Source: a virus. Taken from it: DNA of 64,000 nt. Numbering within the stretch: position 1 is the first letter of the stretch; the number at the start of each line of letters is the position of its first letter. Below are positions 34,684-45,053 of this stretch, piece by piece. The stretch is from the IMG/VR virus record IMGVR_UViG_3300031857_000027. One strand, 5' to 3'. The notes beneath the pieces were generated by a model, which made no database searches, was not told where the DNA came from, and saw nothing but the letters and a program-made list of their open reading frames with translations. The position numbers and the translations under genes were made by a program.

Positions 34684-35003
34684 ATCGTGAATGAAGAACC
34701 GCAACCACACGTTGCAGTTACGTTTGGATTTTTGATTGTAAATGAAGCACCCATCATATCTTCTTTATAATCAATCACCGCTTCATTCATGTATTGCATA
34801 CTCATACTATCTATAACAACTCCAATACCATCTCTTTCAAATGTAAAGTCATCATCTGCTGCCGGCAATTCTTCTATTGAGAAGCCATATTGGAAACCAG
34901 AACAACCACCACCCTGAACGAACACACGTAGTTTGAGTGAAGGGTCTTCTTCAGCAATGATAGATTTAATTTTCTTTACAGCAGTGTCAGATATTGTAAC
35001 CAT
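34680..35003 (-). CDS. erpA: iron-sulfur cluster insertion protein (A-type carrier)
   Basis: GGGCSGFQY and NPN....CGCGSSF motifs. Confidence 0.9.
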   Translation of the reverse strand: MVTISDTAVKKIKSIIAEEDPSLKLRVFVQGGGCSGFQYGFSIEELPAADDDFTFERDGIGVVIDSMSMQYMNEAVIDYKEDMMGASFTIKNPNVTATCGCGSSFTI

Positions 35004-35284
35004 TATCCCCTCGTCAATTGCAATACTTTTTGCATTTGTTTCTCAATAATTGGACCACGATTTGGCCAATGAATGTATGGTTGACTTGCTGTCTTGTACA
35101 GATTTGTCAGAAATGGCATAATGATCTTTTCTACTTGCTGAAGTCTTGCTTTATACTCTTCAACAGTTTCATCTTTCTCCGCAATGACTGCTTGATATTC
35201 AACTTCATCAACTGTGCTGAAACCAAAATCATCATCACCATACTCTGCTAAAATTTTATTGATGTCGTAACTCATTTGTCCCAT
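35003..35284 (-). CDS. hypothetical protein
   Basis: DFGFS...PFL.NL...YIHWPNR pattern. Confidence 0.6.
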   Translation of the reverse strand: MGQMSYDINKILAEYGDDDFGFSTVDEVEYQAVIAEKDETVEEYKARLQQVEKIIMPFLTNLYKTASQPYIHWPNRGPIIEKQMQKVLQLTRG

Positions 35285-36495
35285 GCCTTCTGTGCGTTAA
35301 AGTTTTGTCTGCTGAACTCAAGTCTATCTACCAGTTTCAATGCTTTACCAAGATGATCAACAGCAACGAAACCTTCTGGTGCAGTAATACGGAAGCCATC
35401 GTCAGTGCGAACAAATGTGCCAATGCTCTTGATAGTTTCCAACTTACGAATGATCATCAACTTAGCATCAACAATCAGATTCATTAGATCAAATATTTGT
35501 TTCAGTTGAATCGCATTTGAACGATAGAAACGCATCACTTCATTTTTCTCTTTGATGCGTTTTTGTTTTGTGTCTTCTTTCTTTGCTGCCAGAATTTCTT
35601 TGTTCAGTTTTGCTTCTACGTAGTTAATTAACTCTTGTGTATGAACTCTGGTGTCAGCAATCTTTTTGCCTTCACGAACTTTCGTGTTGTTGAATGTTTT
35701 GATCTGTGTAAGAAAAACATCCGATGCAGCAATACGATTCAATGTCAATGCAGGTATCGTGTTGAAAACTCTACCTGCGTTTGAAAGAATAGATGTGATT
35801 GCTGCTGTCTCTTCTTCAGTAAACGTGACAGAACCAGACGCATCAGTAAACGATGCATCACGAAACCAAACATCTTTTGTAGTCTTTAAATGACCAATAT
35901 CAATGTTGAATGATGCTTTCATTGTCTCTAATGTTTTACCGGAGTATGATGTGTGAAACACCACACCAATCTGTGCCGCTAACATTGTTTGTGCTAACTT
36001 TGATTTTACTGGCACAGCATATACGATTGTGTTTGGCTGAAAGATAATATATTCTTCACCCGCAATAGTTTCTTTTTTGATGTCGCCTTTGCTGAACATC
36101 ATGTCGCCTTGCAAAACACCTTTGATGCCCAACTTAGGCAAGAATGCCAATGCAAGTTTGAGTTTTTGATTTAAACCCTCACCAGGATGATTTTCGTCAA
36201 TGTCTTCATCAGTATAATTCAATTTTGCATTTTTTGCAAATACTGATTTCGTACCAACGAAAAATTTACCGTTTTCTGGATTTGTGCCAGCAAAGATAGC
36301 AGGCGCACCATCCCATTTTGTAGTCACATTTAATTTTGAGCCTGTGTGACCAGCAAGCATATTGCGTAAAGAACGGAGAAATTCTATTGCTTCACGTGCG
36401 CCCGATACACCGGCGTTTAATACATTATCTTCAAGATGTTCAAGGTGAACATTCTTGCCTTCTTTACTCTCTTTTATGTAATCCATGAATTTCAT
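35272..36495 (-). CDS. DUF6267-like protein, putative ligase/nucleotidyltransferase fold, CTS-like N-terminus
   Basis: HLEHLED; KWDG (motif I), QGD, EGFV (motif IV), KLVDR (motif V); starts MKFMDYIKE. Confidence 0.65.
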   Translation of the reverse strand: MKFMDYIKESKEGKNVHLEHLEDNVLNAGVSGAREAIEFLRSLRNMLAGHTGSKLNVTTKWDGAPAIFAGTNPENGKFFVGTKSVFAKNAKLNYTDEDIDENHPGEGLNQKLKLALAFLPKLGIKGVLQGDMMFSKGDIKKETIAGEEYIIFQPNTIVYAVPVKSKLAQTMLAAQIGVVFHTSYSGKTLETMKASFNIDIGHLKTTKDVWFRDASFTDASGSVTFTEEETAAITSILSNAGRVFNTIPALTLNRIAASDVFLTQIKTFNNTKVREGKKIADTRVHTQELINYVEAKLNKEILAAKKEDTKQKRIKEKNEVMRFYRSNAIQLKQIFDLMNLIVDAKLMIIRKLETIKSIGTFVRTDDGFRITAPEGFVAVDHLGKALKLVDRLEFSRQNFNAQKAWDK

Positions 36496-37232
36496 TTTGA
36501 CATGCTTAGAAATGGGTTTTGTTTTTTTGTACCTGGTGCCACGGAAAATTTACTGTCTGGCATTTTCTTAATTTTTATTTCGGCTTGCACTTCATAAAAT
36601 TCTGAACGTGTAGATACACGAACTTTGAAATCACCTGAGCCACTTAGAGCAGGAATACCTTTTATTTTAAGTGGATTCTTTTTTGATACCATATAAAAAT
36701 CATCACCCGCCTGCATATAGTATGCTGGTTTTGCTTTACCAATTGTATAATGCTCTGTTACGACATCACCGAGATTGTAATTTTCTTCATTAGCAATGTA
36801 GCGATTAATGCTTGGTTGACTAAAATATGCTTTCATAACACTCAATGGCACAGCACCTTCTTCTTTTAGACCACCTTTATTCGTAGGTATTTTTATTACT
36901 TTTTCAGGTATACCAGAAAACTTTGCAATGTCTTTAATGAATTTTTTTGCCTGTGCGGATTTATTGAGGATGTCTACAGTGTGTTTTGCAGCGGGTGTTG
37001 TATAGGTGGTATGCCATTTACCTTTTTCGTAAAAAACACGTGGATTGGAAAGATTGTCTGTGTGTGACATTTTCACTTCTAACCATATGGCATTTTCACC
37101 TTTGAATTTATCAATCTCAATTTTAACATCCGAATACTCCGTACTAACTTTTGGCCTCAAGGCTTTGATACCTGGAATTTTGTTGATGTTCTTAGCGACA
37201 TCATTTTCAAACTTGTCGGAAGCAGCACTCAT
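36492..37232 (-). CDS. hypothetical protein, possible PD-(D/E)xK nuclease
   Basis: FE...V N-helix, SDV and WLEVK motifs. Confidence 0.5.
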   Translation of the reverse strand: MSAASDKFENDVAKNINKIPGIKALRPKVSTEYSDVKIEIDKFKGENAIWLEVKMSHTDNLSNPRVFYEKGKWHTTYTTPAAKHTVDILNKSAQAKKFIKDIAKFSGIPEKVIKIPTNKGGLKEEGAVPLSVMKAYFSQPSINRYIANEENYNLGDVVTEHYTIGKAKPAYYMQAGDDFYMVSKKNPLKIKGIPALSGSGDFKVRVSTRSEFYEVQAEIKIKKMPDSKFSVAPGTKKQNPFLSMSK

Positions 37233-37259
37233 TAAACACCCTTTCAGTGGTTATTAGAG

Positions 37260-37267
37260 TATTTATA
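37260..37267 (-). promoter_or_regulatory. T4 late promoter TATAAATA
   Basis: Perfect gp55 consensus 28 nt upstream of the 37232 start. Confidence 0.75.
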
Positions 37268-37270
37268 TTA

Positions 37271-37834
37271 TCACAGATAGTGTAGATATCCTCCAATAAT
37301 GTATTTGGTGTTGTCTACTGGCCGACTTGCAATGTGTGGATGTGTCCATAAAGGTGGAAATATGAGCAATTTACCTTCTCTAGGCTGAACTTTGATCTTA
37401 GGTGGCACGTTCTTATTCAACTGAAATACAGTTTCTCCACCCTCCATAACATCATTTAGATACCAGAAAAACACAAGAAATCTTCGTGCGGAATCATGAT
37501 TCTCTACATCTACATGAAACTGTATTTCATCTTTATCGTTAGGAAAGTACCGTTTCATCCTCAATTCTTCAAAACCATATTCTTCTGGCCAAGCCATATC
37601 ATCCACACCAACATCTTTCTTATAAACTTCAATATAGGTGTGTAGAGTAGACATAAGATAATCTATCTCTTTCTTCCACGTGCTTGAATTTTGATTCAAG
37701 TTGATTTCTGTAAATGAGCGATGACCGTCAAGCACGACATTCTCTTGTTGGTCAACATTTTTTTCAAATTTATCTATTGTATTACGACAAAGTATTGGTG
37801 GTAAAACATTATCATATGTTTTCACGTAACTCAT
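37271..37834 (-). CDS. 2OG-Fe(II) oxygenase
   Basis: HVD, YLNDV..GGET, FPP.WTH.H and KY motifs. Confidence 0.88.
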   Translation of the reverse strand: MSYVKTYDNVLPPILCRNTIDKFEKNVDQQENVVLDGHRSFTEINLNQNSSTWKKEIDYLMSTLHTYIEVYKKDVGVDDMAWPEEYGFEELRMKRYFPNDKDEIQFHVDVENHDSARRFLVFFWYLNDVMEGGETVFQLNKNVPPKIKVQPREGKLLIFPPLWTHPHIASRPVDNTKYIIGGYLHYL

Positions 37835-39237
37835 ACTTTGAATCCTCCAAACTTGTTCTTCATCCCAGACTGACGTTCACGGTCACCAAAACTGTTCAGA
37901 GGTTTGTCATCAACTTGTCCGGTATCTACCAAATCATCCTGTGCTGACTGTTCCACATCATACAGTTTCATCTTGGCTCTGTCAATACCCACTACAAACC
38001 GCTTGAAATAATTCGGATCATTGTAGCGATTCTTTAGTTGCTTAATTAGTATCTGATTCAATTGTTGCAACTCTTCGGTACTTATCAAGGCGAACATAAA
38101 GTCTGCGGTCGCTGGTAAGCCAAAGGACTCTGAAGTATCCTCAAGACCAGGATCGCTGGAGGTGAAGCCGGAACGGGTCGTTTGTGTAGCCGATACTATC
38201 GGCACTTCAAACTCAACCGCAAGACCCCTGAGTTCTTCCGCAATAGCCTTAATATAAGAATAACTATTTACGTTAGCACCAGGTTTGATTCTGGCACTTG
38301 CACAAATGTTAAGATAGTCAATGAAAATGATGTCAGGTTTGAAACTCTTTTTTAGTTGCAATTCATTTAACAAAGCACGGAAGTGTAGTGCTGAGGCTGC
38401 TGCTGTTGGATACTCTTTGATGATGAGTTTACCATGTGTTTTGACTTTCAATGCAGAGAACTTGCGGTCATAATCTTGTTTACTGATAGAGTTCAGGTCA
38501 GCAATATCAATGTTCAATAGATTGGCGTCAATACGTTCAGCAATTCGTTCTTCAGCCATTTCCATCGTGATATACAAAACATTCAGACCTTGTGCCAAAC
38601 AAGAACCTGCAACGTGACACATGAACAATGATTTACCAACACCCGTACCAGCAAGTGCAATGTTCAATGTTTTCTTTGGTAGACCACCTTTGGTAATCTT
38701 GTTGAACAAATCAAGGTCAAAAGGAATCTTTGTTTCATGACGATGATAGAAATCAAAACGATTATCTGAATCATCAATATAATCATGACCAACAGAGTTA
38801 TCAAATGATACACCAAGTGCATCAGATAACATCTTTGGTATCATACCTTTATCTTCTTTATTTTCCCTATCATCAAGAATCTTAACAGACTTCATGATGG
38901 CATTATAGATTGCTTTGTCTTGGCAAAACTTTTCAGTTTGCTTGATGAGCCAATCTACATCTGTAGGATCAGTTTTGTCTGCATTGATTTCACGAATCAT
39001 CTCAACGGCTTTTCTGACCTGTTCTTCGGTCAGTTTACGTGATTCTGTAAAATTGATGACAAGTGATTCGTAGGTTGGAAGATGTTTGAACTGATTTATG
39101 TGGTCGTTTATTTCCTCAAACAGATTTTTTTCTGTTGAGTCTGTGAAGTATTCAGTCTTTAAAAAAGGAATAATCTTTCTTGTATAGTCCTCATTAAATA
39201 TCAAATTCTTCAGGATCGTAGTCTCTAGGCGCTTCAT
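37831..39237 (-). CDS. replicative DNA helicase (T4 gp41)
   Basis: AGTGVGKS, IDYLN, SATQ and SESFGLPATAD motifs. Confidence 0.96.
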   Translation of the reverse strand: MKRLETTILKNLIFNEDYTRKIIPFLKTEYFTDSTEKNLFEEINDHINQFKHLPTYESLVINFTESRKLTEEQVRKAVEMIREINADKTDPTDVDWLIKQTEKFCQDKAIYNAIMKSVKILDDRENKEDKGMIPKMLSDALGVSFDNSVGHDYIDDSDNRFDFYHRHETKIPFDLDLFNKITKGGLPKKTLNIALAGTGVGKSLFMCHVAGSCLAQGLNVLYITMEMAEERIAERIDANLLNIDIADLNSISKQDYDRKFSALKVKTHGKLIIKEYPTAAASALHFRALLNELQLKKSFKPDIIFIDYLNICASARIKPGANVNSYSYIKAIAEELRGLAVEFEVPIVSATQTTRSGFTSSDPGLEDTSESFGLPATADFMFALISTEELQQLNQILIKQLKNRYNDPNYFKRFVVGIDRAKMKLYDVEQSAQDDLVDTGQVDDKPLNSFGDRERQSGMKNKFGGFKV

Positions 39238-39559
39238 AATTCTTTGAGGTTAAAATTTCAGTTAATATGTCACCAATGAGTGTATGAAACTCGGTGTCCT
39301 GCGTTAAATCATCAATCGGTATTTGTGGTGAAGTGACTATTGTATAAGAAAAAGTCATCTTAGCATGGTCTTCTTCTTCAGATAGTCTAACTTTACCATA
39401 ATGATAAAGAACTCCCTGATACGGACCCTTTAGTATGCCAACACCAGTTTTAAATCCATCATCAGAATCAAGAAGTGTGAAATCTTCATTAATTTGTGGC
39501 TTCATCTTCTTCTTCCAAAACGGCATCTTCTCCAAGAATGCTGCTATAAGTGATTTCAT
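39194..39559 (-). CDS. hypothetical protein, syntenic with T4 gp40 (start likely about 39505)
   Basis: Lies between uvsX and gene 41. Confidence 0.5.
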   Translation of the reverse strand: MKSLIAAFLEKMPFWKKKMKPQINEDFTLLDSDDGFKTGVGILKGPYQGVLYHYGKVRLSEEEDHAKMTFSYTIVTSPQIPIDDLTQDTEFHTLIGDILTEILTSKNYEAPRDYDPEEFDI

Positions 39560-40550
39560 ATTTTTTCCTTACATATTCTTTGAAACTTTCATTTGCAAGA
39601 ATATCTTTCCAGAACTCTTCATTTTGAGTATCAGCAAAACGTTTCTTCTCAAGAACTTCACCAGTTTCTTGATCTACTTTAGCGTACCAACCATTGCTTG
39701 GCTTAGTGACGAAATTACCTTCGAGTGCAATATCCAATAGGCCAGACCACTTGTTAATACCACCGTCAAAGGATACAGTAACAGGTATTTTGGATTTTTC
39801 TCTGACATATCTACTTTTTTCTACGTTGATAATGAAGTTATAGCCGACAATTTCTGTACCATCTTTGTCTTGTTGACGACCAAGAATCCAGATTGTGTCT
39901 GCTGAGTAATAAGAACCTGTGCCACCACCAACGATATCTTTAGGATACATACCAATCTCTTTGTATGTGTGATTGACAACAATCATTGGAATGTCTTTGA
40001 TTGTCAAATGTGGTGTGACCATACGAAACAAAGATTTCATCTGTTTTGCTCGGCTCATGTCAGCAACAGATTTACCTTCAATTGAATCTTCAACTTCTTT
40101 CTTTGAAGCCAAATTGCCAATCGAATCAAGCACAATAATCACTTTATCATCTTTTTCAATATTTTGCAACTGATTCATGATATCATGTTTCAATTGTTCA
40201 ACATCGGTAATTGGTGTGTGTAACACTCTTTCAGTATCAATACCGAATGCGTCAAAATAACTTTGTGGTGTGCCGAACTCAGAATCATAAAACAGAACAA
40301 CAGCGTCTTCATACTTCTTCATGTATGATTTTGCCATGAGTAAAGCAAATGCGGTTTTAAAATGTTTTGATGGACCAGCAAACATCGTTAGACCTGGTGT
40401 CAAACCACCATCTAAATTACCTGATAGTGCCACGTTAATGATAGGCACATCAGTTTGAATCATATCTTTATCGGTAAAAAACTTTGATTTAGAAAGCACC
40501 GATGTCTCTTTAATCGTTGATGCTTTTTTTAGTTTATCAAGTACGCTCAT
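39489..40550 (-). CDS. uvsX: RecA-like recombinase
   Basis: GPSKHFKT, DSEFG, DSIGNLAS and GGTG motifs. Confidence 0.96.
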   Translation of the reverse strand: MSVLDKLKKASTIKETSVLSKSKFFTDKDMIQTDVPIINVALSGNLDGGLTPGLTMFAGPSKHFKTAFALLMAKSYMKKYEDAVVLFYDSEFGTPQSYFDAFGIDTERVLHTPITDVEQLKHDIMNQLQNIEKDDKVIIVLDSIGNLASKKEVEDSIEGKSVADMSRAKQMKSLFRMVTPHLTIKDIPMIVVNHTYKEIGMYPKDIVGGGTGSYYSADTIWILGRQQDKDGTEIVGYNFIINVEKSRYVREKSKIPVTVSFDGGINKWSGLLDIALEGNFVTKPSNGWYAKVDQETGEVLEKKRFADTQNEEFWKDILANESFKEYVRKKYEITYSSILGEDAVLEEEDEATN

Positions 40551-41448
40551 TCATATCTCCAATATCTGCAATTTTGTCTTTTGGTATTACCGTGTGCTTA
40601 TCATCCACAAAGAATGATTCTAACGTGCGTGACGGTGTGCTGTCAAGTTTTTTCTTCTTTACTGCCTTTTTGATCGGTTCAATCTCACCTTTATCTTCTC
40701 TAATTCTGCGGTATGTTTGATTTGCTGCTATCAATAATAACACAGCAAGTGGGTCAAATACAATAATGATGATGAAGATAACCAATCGTACTGCTTTATC
40801 AATCAAGTCACGATCTTGTGTGCCATAAACTACTTCTGCCACATATTTTATAGGCCCCAAATCCGATTCAGCCTTTTTAACTTCCAAGGATAAAGGGAGC
40901 TTCTCTTCCGTGAGTAACTGTATTTCTTTTTGTAGCCTCTTAGTCTCAGCAATGATTCTCTCACGGTCTTTCTGTTGGGCTTTACGAATTTGGTTCGCCC
41001 GTTCAGCCCCCTTTTCATCTTTCGTTCTGCCCATAATTTGATCGACAGCCTCATCATACTGACTAAGGTTCTTGTTGTTCCTCTCAATTTGCGATTGAAT
41101 AACTTTGATCTTTTCATCATAGATTTCTACCTTTGCTGCTTGTGGTGCTATTGTGCTTGAATGTTCAATGTGTGCTTTTGAAAGATACCCAAAGATTCCC
41201 ATTGATGTAATACCCATCAACAGAACCACAGCAATGAGGAAGTAAAGTTTGAGTGCAGAGAATGTTGTTTTCCAATGATTGTATACCCACGACACAGTTA
41301 CCAGTTTTGCTGCTTCAAGCACAGAACCCATAATGATGATAGGCCAGTATGAACCTGGAAATATCTGTGCAAGACCAATCACCGAGTAATATGCAGCAAT
41401 ACCCGATAAAGCAAGAGCAGTCAAAAATGGTAATATTACATGTGTCAT
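40537..41448 (-). CDS. membrane-anchored coiled-coil protein
   Basis: 3 N-terminal TM, coiled coil, GPIKY, FDPLA TM. Confidence 0.7.
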   Translation of the reverse strand: MTHVILPFLTALALSGIAAYYSVIGLAQIFPGSYWPIIIMGSVLEAAKLVTVSWVYNHWKTTFSALKLYFLIAVVLLMGITSMGIFGYLSKAHIEHSSTIAPQAAKVEIYDEKIKVIQSQIERNNKNLSQYDEAVDQIMGRTKDEKGAERANQIRKAQQKDRERIIAETKRLQKEIQLLTEEKLPLSLEVKKAESDLGPIKYVAEVVYGTQDRDLIDKAVRLVIFIIIIVFDPLAVLLLIAANQTYRRIREDKGEIEPIKKAVKKKKLDSTPSRTLESFFVDDKHTVIPKDKIADIGDMNERT

Positions 41449-41990
41449 GGATTGTTTTTAGAGTGTGGTACATCAAAAACAAAAGTTATCCTATCAACGT
41501 CACCGACATTGAGTGTTCCGTGTAATGCCTTATTATTAAACCAAAGTAAAGTTCCTGGTTCAACAATAACTGATTCATCACCAACAAAGTATTCGTATCT
41601 ACCTTGTATTGATAGATGATAACGATCCTTTGTCAGATAATAAGTACCTTCATCTATATGTCTACCAACTGTTTGACCAACACCTAATTTCAAAAAACCA
41701 CAACGACAAAACTTTTTAAAATGTCTTTTGACAAAACTTATGATTTCTGTGTGATGCTTGTATGCCGGTGTTGGAATACAAAGTTCACTATCACCAACAA
41801 ATTGTTCTTCTCTTTCCAAACCTGCCATAACCAACTGAAGTACATCGGTTGTAACAATGTACTTCTCATGGTCAAGTTGTTCAGTGCCTTTTACTTTTTT
41901 TTGGTTGCCCCAGTCTTCTGGATACTGCTGCAACTGTTTCAATATCTTTGAGACATTAATACCAGTTCTGATTACACGTATATTTTTCAT
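41445..41990 (-). CDS. aspartyl/asparaginyl beta-hydroxylase-like 2OG oxygenase
   Basis: HID, RYHL, WFNN...H and RI..VFD motifs. Confidence 0.8.
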   Translation of the reverse strand: MKNIRVIRTGINVSKILKQLQQYPEDWGNQKKVKGTEQLDHEKYIVTTDVLQLVMAGLEREEQFVGDSELCIPTPAYKHHTEIISFVKRHFKKFCRCGFLKLGVGQTVGRHIDEGTYYLTKDRYHLSIQGRYEYFVGDESVIVEPGTLLWFNNKALHGTLNVGDVDRITFVFDVPHSKNNP

Positions 41991-44515
41991 GAAAAGAAAC
42001 TCTCAAGTGTGTATTGCTTCTCTGTTTGCCAACCGATACAATCAAGAATCAATTTAATCGGTTCAAGAAATGTTTTTTCAAACTGTGTTTCATAATCAAT
42101 ATATTCTTGCAACTCAAACTCTTTTGGCAATCTTGTTGGAAATGAAACAACCATATCTCTGAAAGGGTTTGGTGTTTTGAGATAGGTAAACTTCAACTTT
42201 TCACCTTCTTGTATCAAAGGATACTTAGTCATCAGATTGTGCTGTTTAAGGAAATGATTATACAGTATTGCACCCTTCACATGAATAGGTGTGCCTTTCT
42301 TGTATATTGTAACAGAATCCGCATATTCTTTCAAGCCATTACAGCCACGTGGAAAAGAAATATCTTCAACAGGTAACTTACGAAACTCTTCTCTAAAGTC
42401 GGCAACAAACTTTTGTACCGTTTCTTCGTCGGTGTTTACAACCAAATCAACCAATTGATACATCTTGGCACGTACAGCGGTAGGTGTAGATGACTTGACC
42501 ATCTCAAGACCCATGACCTTGATTTTTGGTTTTGCATACTGAACACCTTCGTTGTTGTACACATTTAGAATATAACGTTTCTTTGCAGTCCAGATACCTT
42601 TATCGGACAAGCCTTCACGTTTCATCTGCATTTTTTGGTCGAACGCATGAACATATTCAGCAAGTTCTTGATAACTCTTATCAATATATGGTTGAATTTT
42701 CTCTTCACAGATTTTGTCCATGAAGGCGATAACTTTCTGAGCCTCTGGTTTTTCTTTATACACAGAGTCAACCAGTGGACCAAGATTAAGATAGATTGAA
42801 TCTGTATCCGAAGCAATAACATAGTCAGTATTAGATTTTAGAATTTTATTCAAATAATCGTTGAGTTTGTTTTCAATCCAACGAATAGAGAGTTGACCCG
42901 CTTGTGTAACAGCAAGTGCTTGGCGCAAATCATAAAACCTAAAATACTGAGAACCCATTGCACCGTAGGCAGAGTTTAGCGAAACTTTCTTTGCAAGTTG
43001 TAGATTGTTGTATCTTGCAATTAACTTCTCAATTTCTTTTTTTCTACCTTTGTCTTTTTCGTTTTCATAATCTTGCTGTTCTTTCAACATCAACTTCTTA
43101 AACTTTTTACGGTCTTCATACATCTCAATCATCATTGCTGGTAGAAAACCTTGCTTGTCTGTACGAAAGAATTGACCATTTGGTGTAACTGTCACATCTT
43201 TCATCACACTCGTATCAATTTTTTGGTCAAGCAAACTTTCTACCGATGCCTGTGTTGAAATACGGCGCATATCATCAGTATAATCATCTTTCTCAATCAA
43301 GGTCTCTGGTGAGATGTTGTATTGCATAATCAAATGCGGATACAGACTGTTTAAGTCAAATGATGCGACCCAATTATGTAAACCAATTTTTGGTTCTTTG
43401 ACATAAGCACCTTCAAATGCTTCACTCTTTTTGGCAATACGGCGTGGTGGCACAACAATCTTCTTATCAAGTAGATAGTTGTAGATCAGTGCATCCCACA
43501 TTCTTGTTTGTGCAAATACATCATCATAGTTACACTTGGTGTCATACGCCAGAGTCAGTGCAAGTTCAACCAGTTTTAGTTTATCTTCCAGTTTCAAAAT
43601 CAGATGCACATCTTTGATGTTATACTCAATAAACTTTTGATGATCAAGTCTATAGAGTTGATGTAAATTATCATACTCATCATATGATAGTTTGCTTTCA
43701 CCAAGTTCTACACTGGCGATTGTATCTAGACGATAGTTCTCGGCGTTTTTACCACCAGGTGCATACCATTGGTACAGTTCAAGATAATCAAGAACAGAAA
43801 TGCCGACCAGATCATAAACAATCTGCTCTTTGCCTTTGAACACAGTCTTTCTTTCAGAATAGACAGACCATGGTGACAACTTGTTTACTACATCATCCCC
43901 AAATAAACGTGAGAAACGATTGACAAGGTAAGGAATATCAAAGAACTTGATATTCCAACCAGTAACAACGTCAGGATGGTCGCTTGACCAATCAGCAATA
44001 AACCGTTCACAAAGATTGATTTCATCTTCACACTTAATGTATGTTTCTTCACCTTTTACCTCATAATCACCACAACCATAAACCGTAGTACCGCCATTCA
44101 ATTGATGAATAGCGATTGCTGTAATAGGCTCAGTAGCCTTGTATGGATCAGGAAATCCATTTTCAGAACCAACCTCAATGTCTATGAAAGCGACAGAGAG
44201 ATGAGAAATATCCCAATCAACAATCCCTCTAAAATTGTCAGCAATGAATGCGTATTCATAGCGTGTATTGCCGTAGATTTTAAAGTTTGAAACATCTTCG
44301 TAACGTTTGACAAAATCACGTGCCTCCCGAATAGTATCAAAAGTCATAGGTTCCAATGGCTCATTGAACAATGAACGCCATTGGTTTTGTTTATTAGACT
44401 GCAAAAACAAAGTCGGAGAGTATTTGACCTTTGTCTTAACTCTCCGACCGTTGTTCACTCCACGAAAAAGTATGTGATTGCCGTGGACGCAAACATTCGT
44501 ATAATATTTACTCAT
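41987..44515 (-). CDS. DNA polymerase B (T4 gp43)
   Basis: DIEV, GWN...FD, DLNSLYP, K...NS.YG, DTDS and KKRY motifs. Confidence 0.98.
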   Translation of the reverse strand: MSKYYTNVCVHGNHILFRGVNNGRRVKTKVKYSPTLFLQSNKQNQWRSLFNEPLEPMTFDTIREARDFVKRYEDVSNFKIYGNTRYEYAFIADNFRGIVDWDISHLSVAFIDIEVGSENGFPDPYKATEPITAIAIHQLNGGTTVYGCGDYEVKGEETYIKCEDEINLCERFIADWSSDHPDVVTGWNIKFFDIPYLVNRFSRLFGDDVVNKLSPWSVYSERKTVFKGKEQIVYDLVGISVLDYLELYQWYAPGGKNAENYRLDTIASVELGESKLSYDEYDNLHQLYRLDHQKFIEYNIKDVHLILKLEDKLKLVELALTLAYDTKCNYDDVFAQTRMWDALIYNYLLDKKIVVPPRRIAKKSEAFEGAYVKEPKIGLHNWVASFDLNSLYPHLIMQYNISPETLIEKDDYTDDMRRISTQASVESLLDQKIDTSVMKDVTVTPNGQFFRTDKQGFLPAMMIEMYEDRKKFKKLMLKEQQDYENEKDKGRKKEIEKLIARYNNLQLAKKVSLNSAYGAMGSQYFRFYDLRQALAVTQAGQLSIRWIENKLNDYLNKILKSNTDYVIASDTDSIYLNLGPLVDSVYKEKPEAQKVIAFMDKICEEKIQPYIDKSYQELAEYVHAFDQKMQMKREGLSDKGIWTAKKRYILNVYNNEGVQYAKPKIKVMGLEMVKSSTPTAVRAKMYQLVDLVVNTDEETVQKFVADFREEFRKLPVEDISFPRGCNGLKEYADSVTIYKKGTPIHVKGAILYNHFLKQHNLMTKYPLIQEGEKLKFTYLKTPNPFRDMVVSFPTRLPKEFELQEYIDYETQFEKTFLEPIKLILDCIGWQTEKQYTLESFFS

Positions 44516-44823
44516 TAAATCACAAGACCAGGTGGTGCAATTTCAATTCGGCTAAACATTTTTCTATATTGTGCCAGCAAATCAGAAACGGGTGTATTGG
44601 TTGTTAGAATGTCATTATTATTGAAAGTAATACCTTTATCAAACTCTTCAACAAAAGCAAGATATGGCGCAAAGCCAACACCACCCGGATCACTTGCTGA
44701 ACGTGGTGGCACTGCAATGACTTGCATTGGGTTTTTTACTTTTACACCAATCTCACCTTTATCAACTACTTCACCAATGATTGTTTGATGTGTTTTAAAT
44801 GTGATACAAACTATTTCACTCAT
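44515..44823 (-). CDS. hypothetical protein (Sm-like pattern)
   Basis: IIGEV...VKNP...FAPY pattern; upstream of gene 43. Confidence 0.55.
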   Translation of the reverse strand: MSEIVCITFKTHQTIIGEVVDKGEIGVKVKNPMQVIAVPPRSASDPGGVGFAPYLAFVEEFDKGITFNNNDILTTNTPVSDLLAQYRKMFSRIEIAPPGLVI

Positions 44824-45050
44824 ACAGATACCCTTGTAGTTGGTTCATAAACATCAAGTGTTACCCACTTTTTTGGAAACAACATTTCACGACCGACAAA
44901 ATCGGCAATGTCATATGTTGGATCATCAACAAGACCGATCAATTCAACCTTGTTGTCAAACTCACGCATCACAAGATCATACTTGTATGCTTTAGAGATT
45001 TTAGGATTGGCTTCAGCCAATTGTTTTGCTACTTTTGTGATATTGCTCAT
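44820..45050 (-). CDS. hypothetical protein
   Basis: 76-aa ORF with SD. Confidence 0.6.
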   Translation of the reverse strand: MSNITKVAKQLAEANPKISKAYKYDLVMREFDNKVELIGLVDDPTYDIADFVGREMLFPKKWVTLDVYEPTTRVSV

Positions 45051-45053
45051 AAT

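Noticed and set aside
9657-44515. Introns or inteins in nrdA, nrdB, thyX, gp41, uvsX or gp43
   Set aside because: All are continuous ORFs of normal length with no intein motifs
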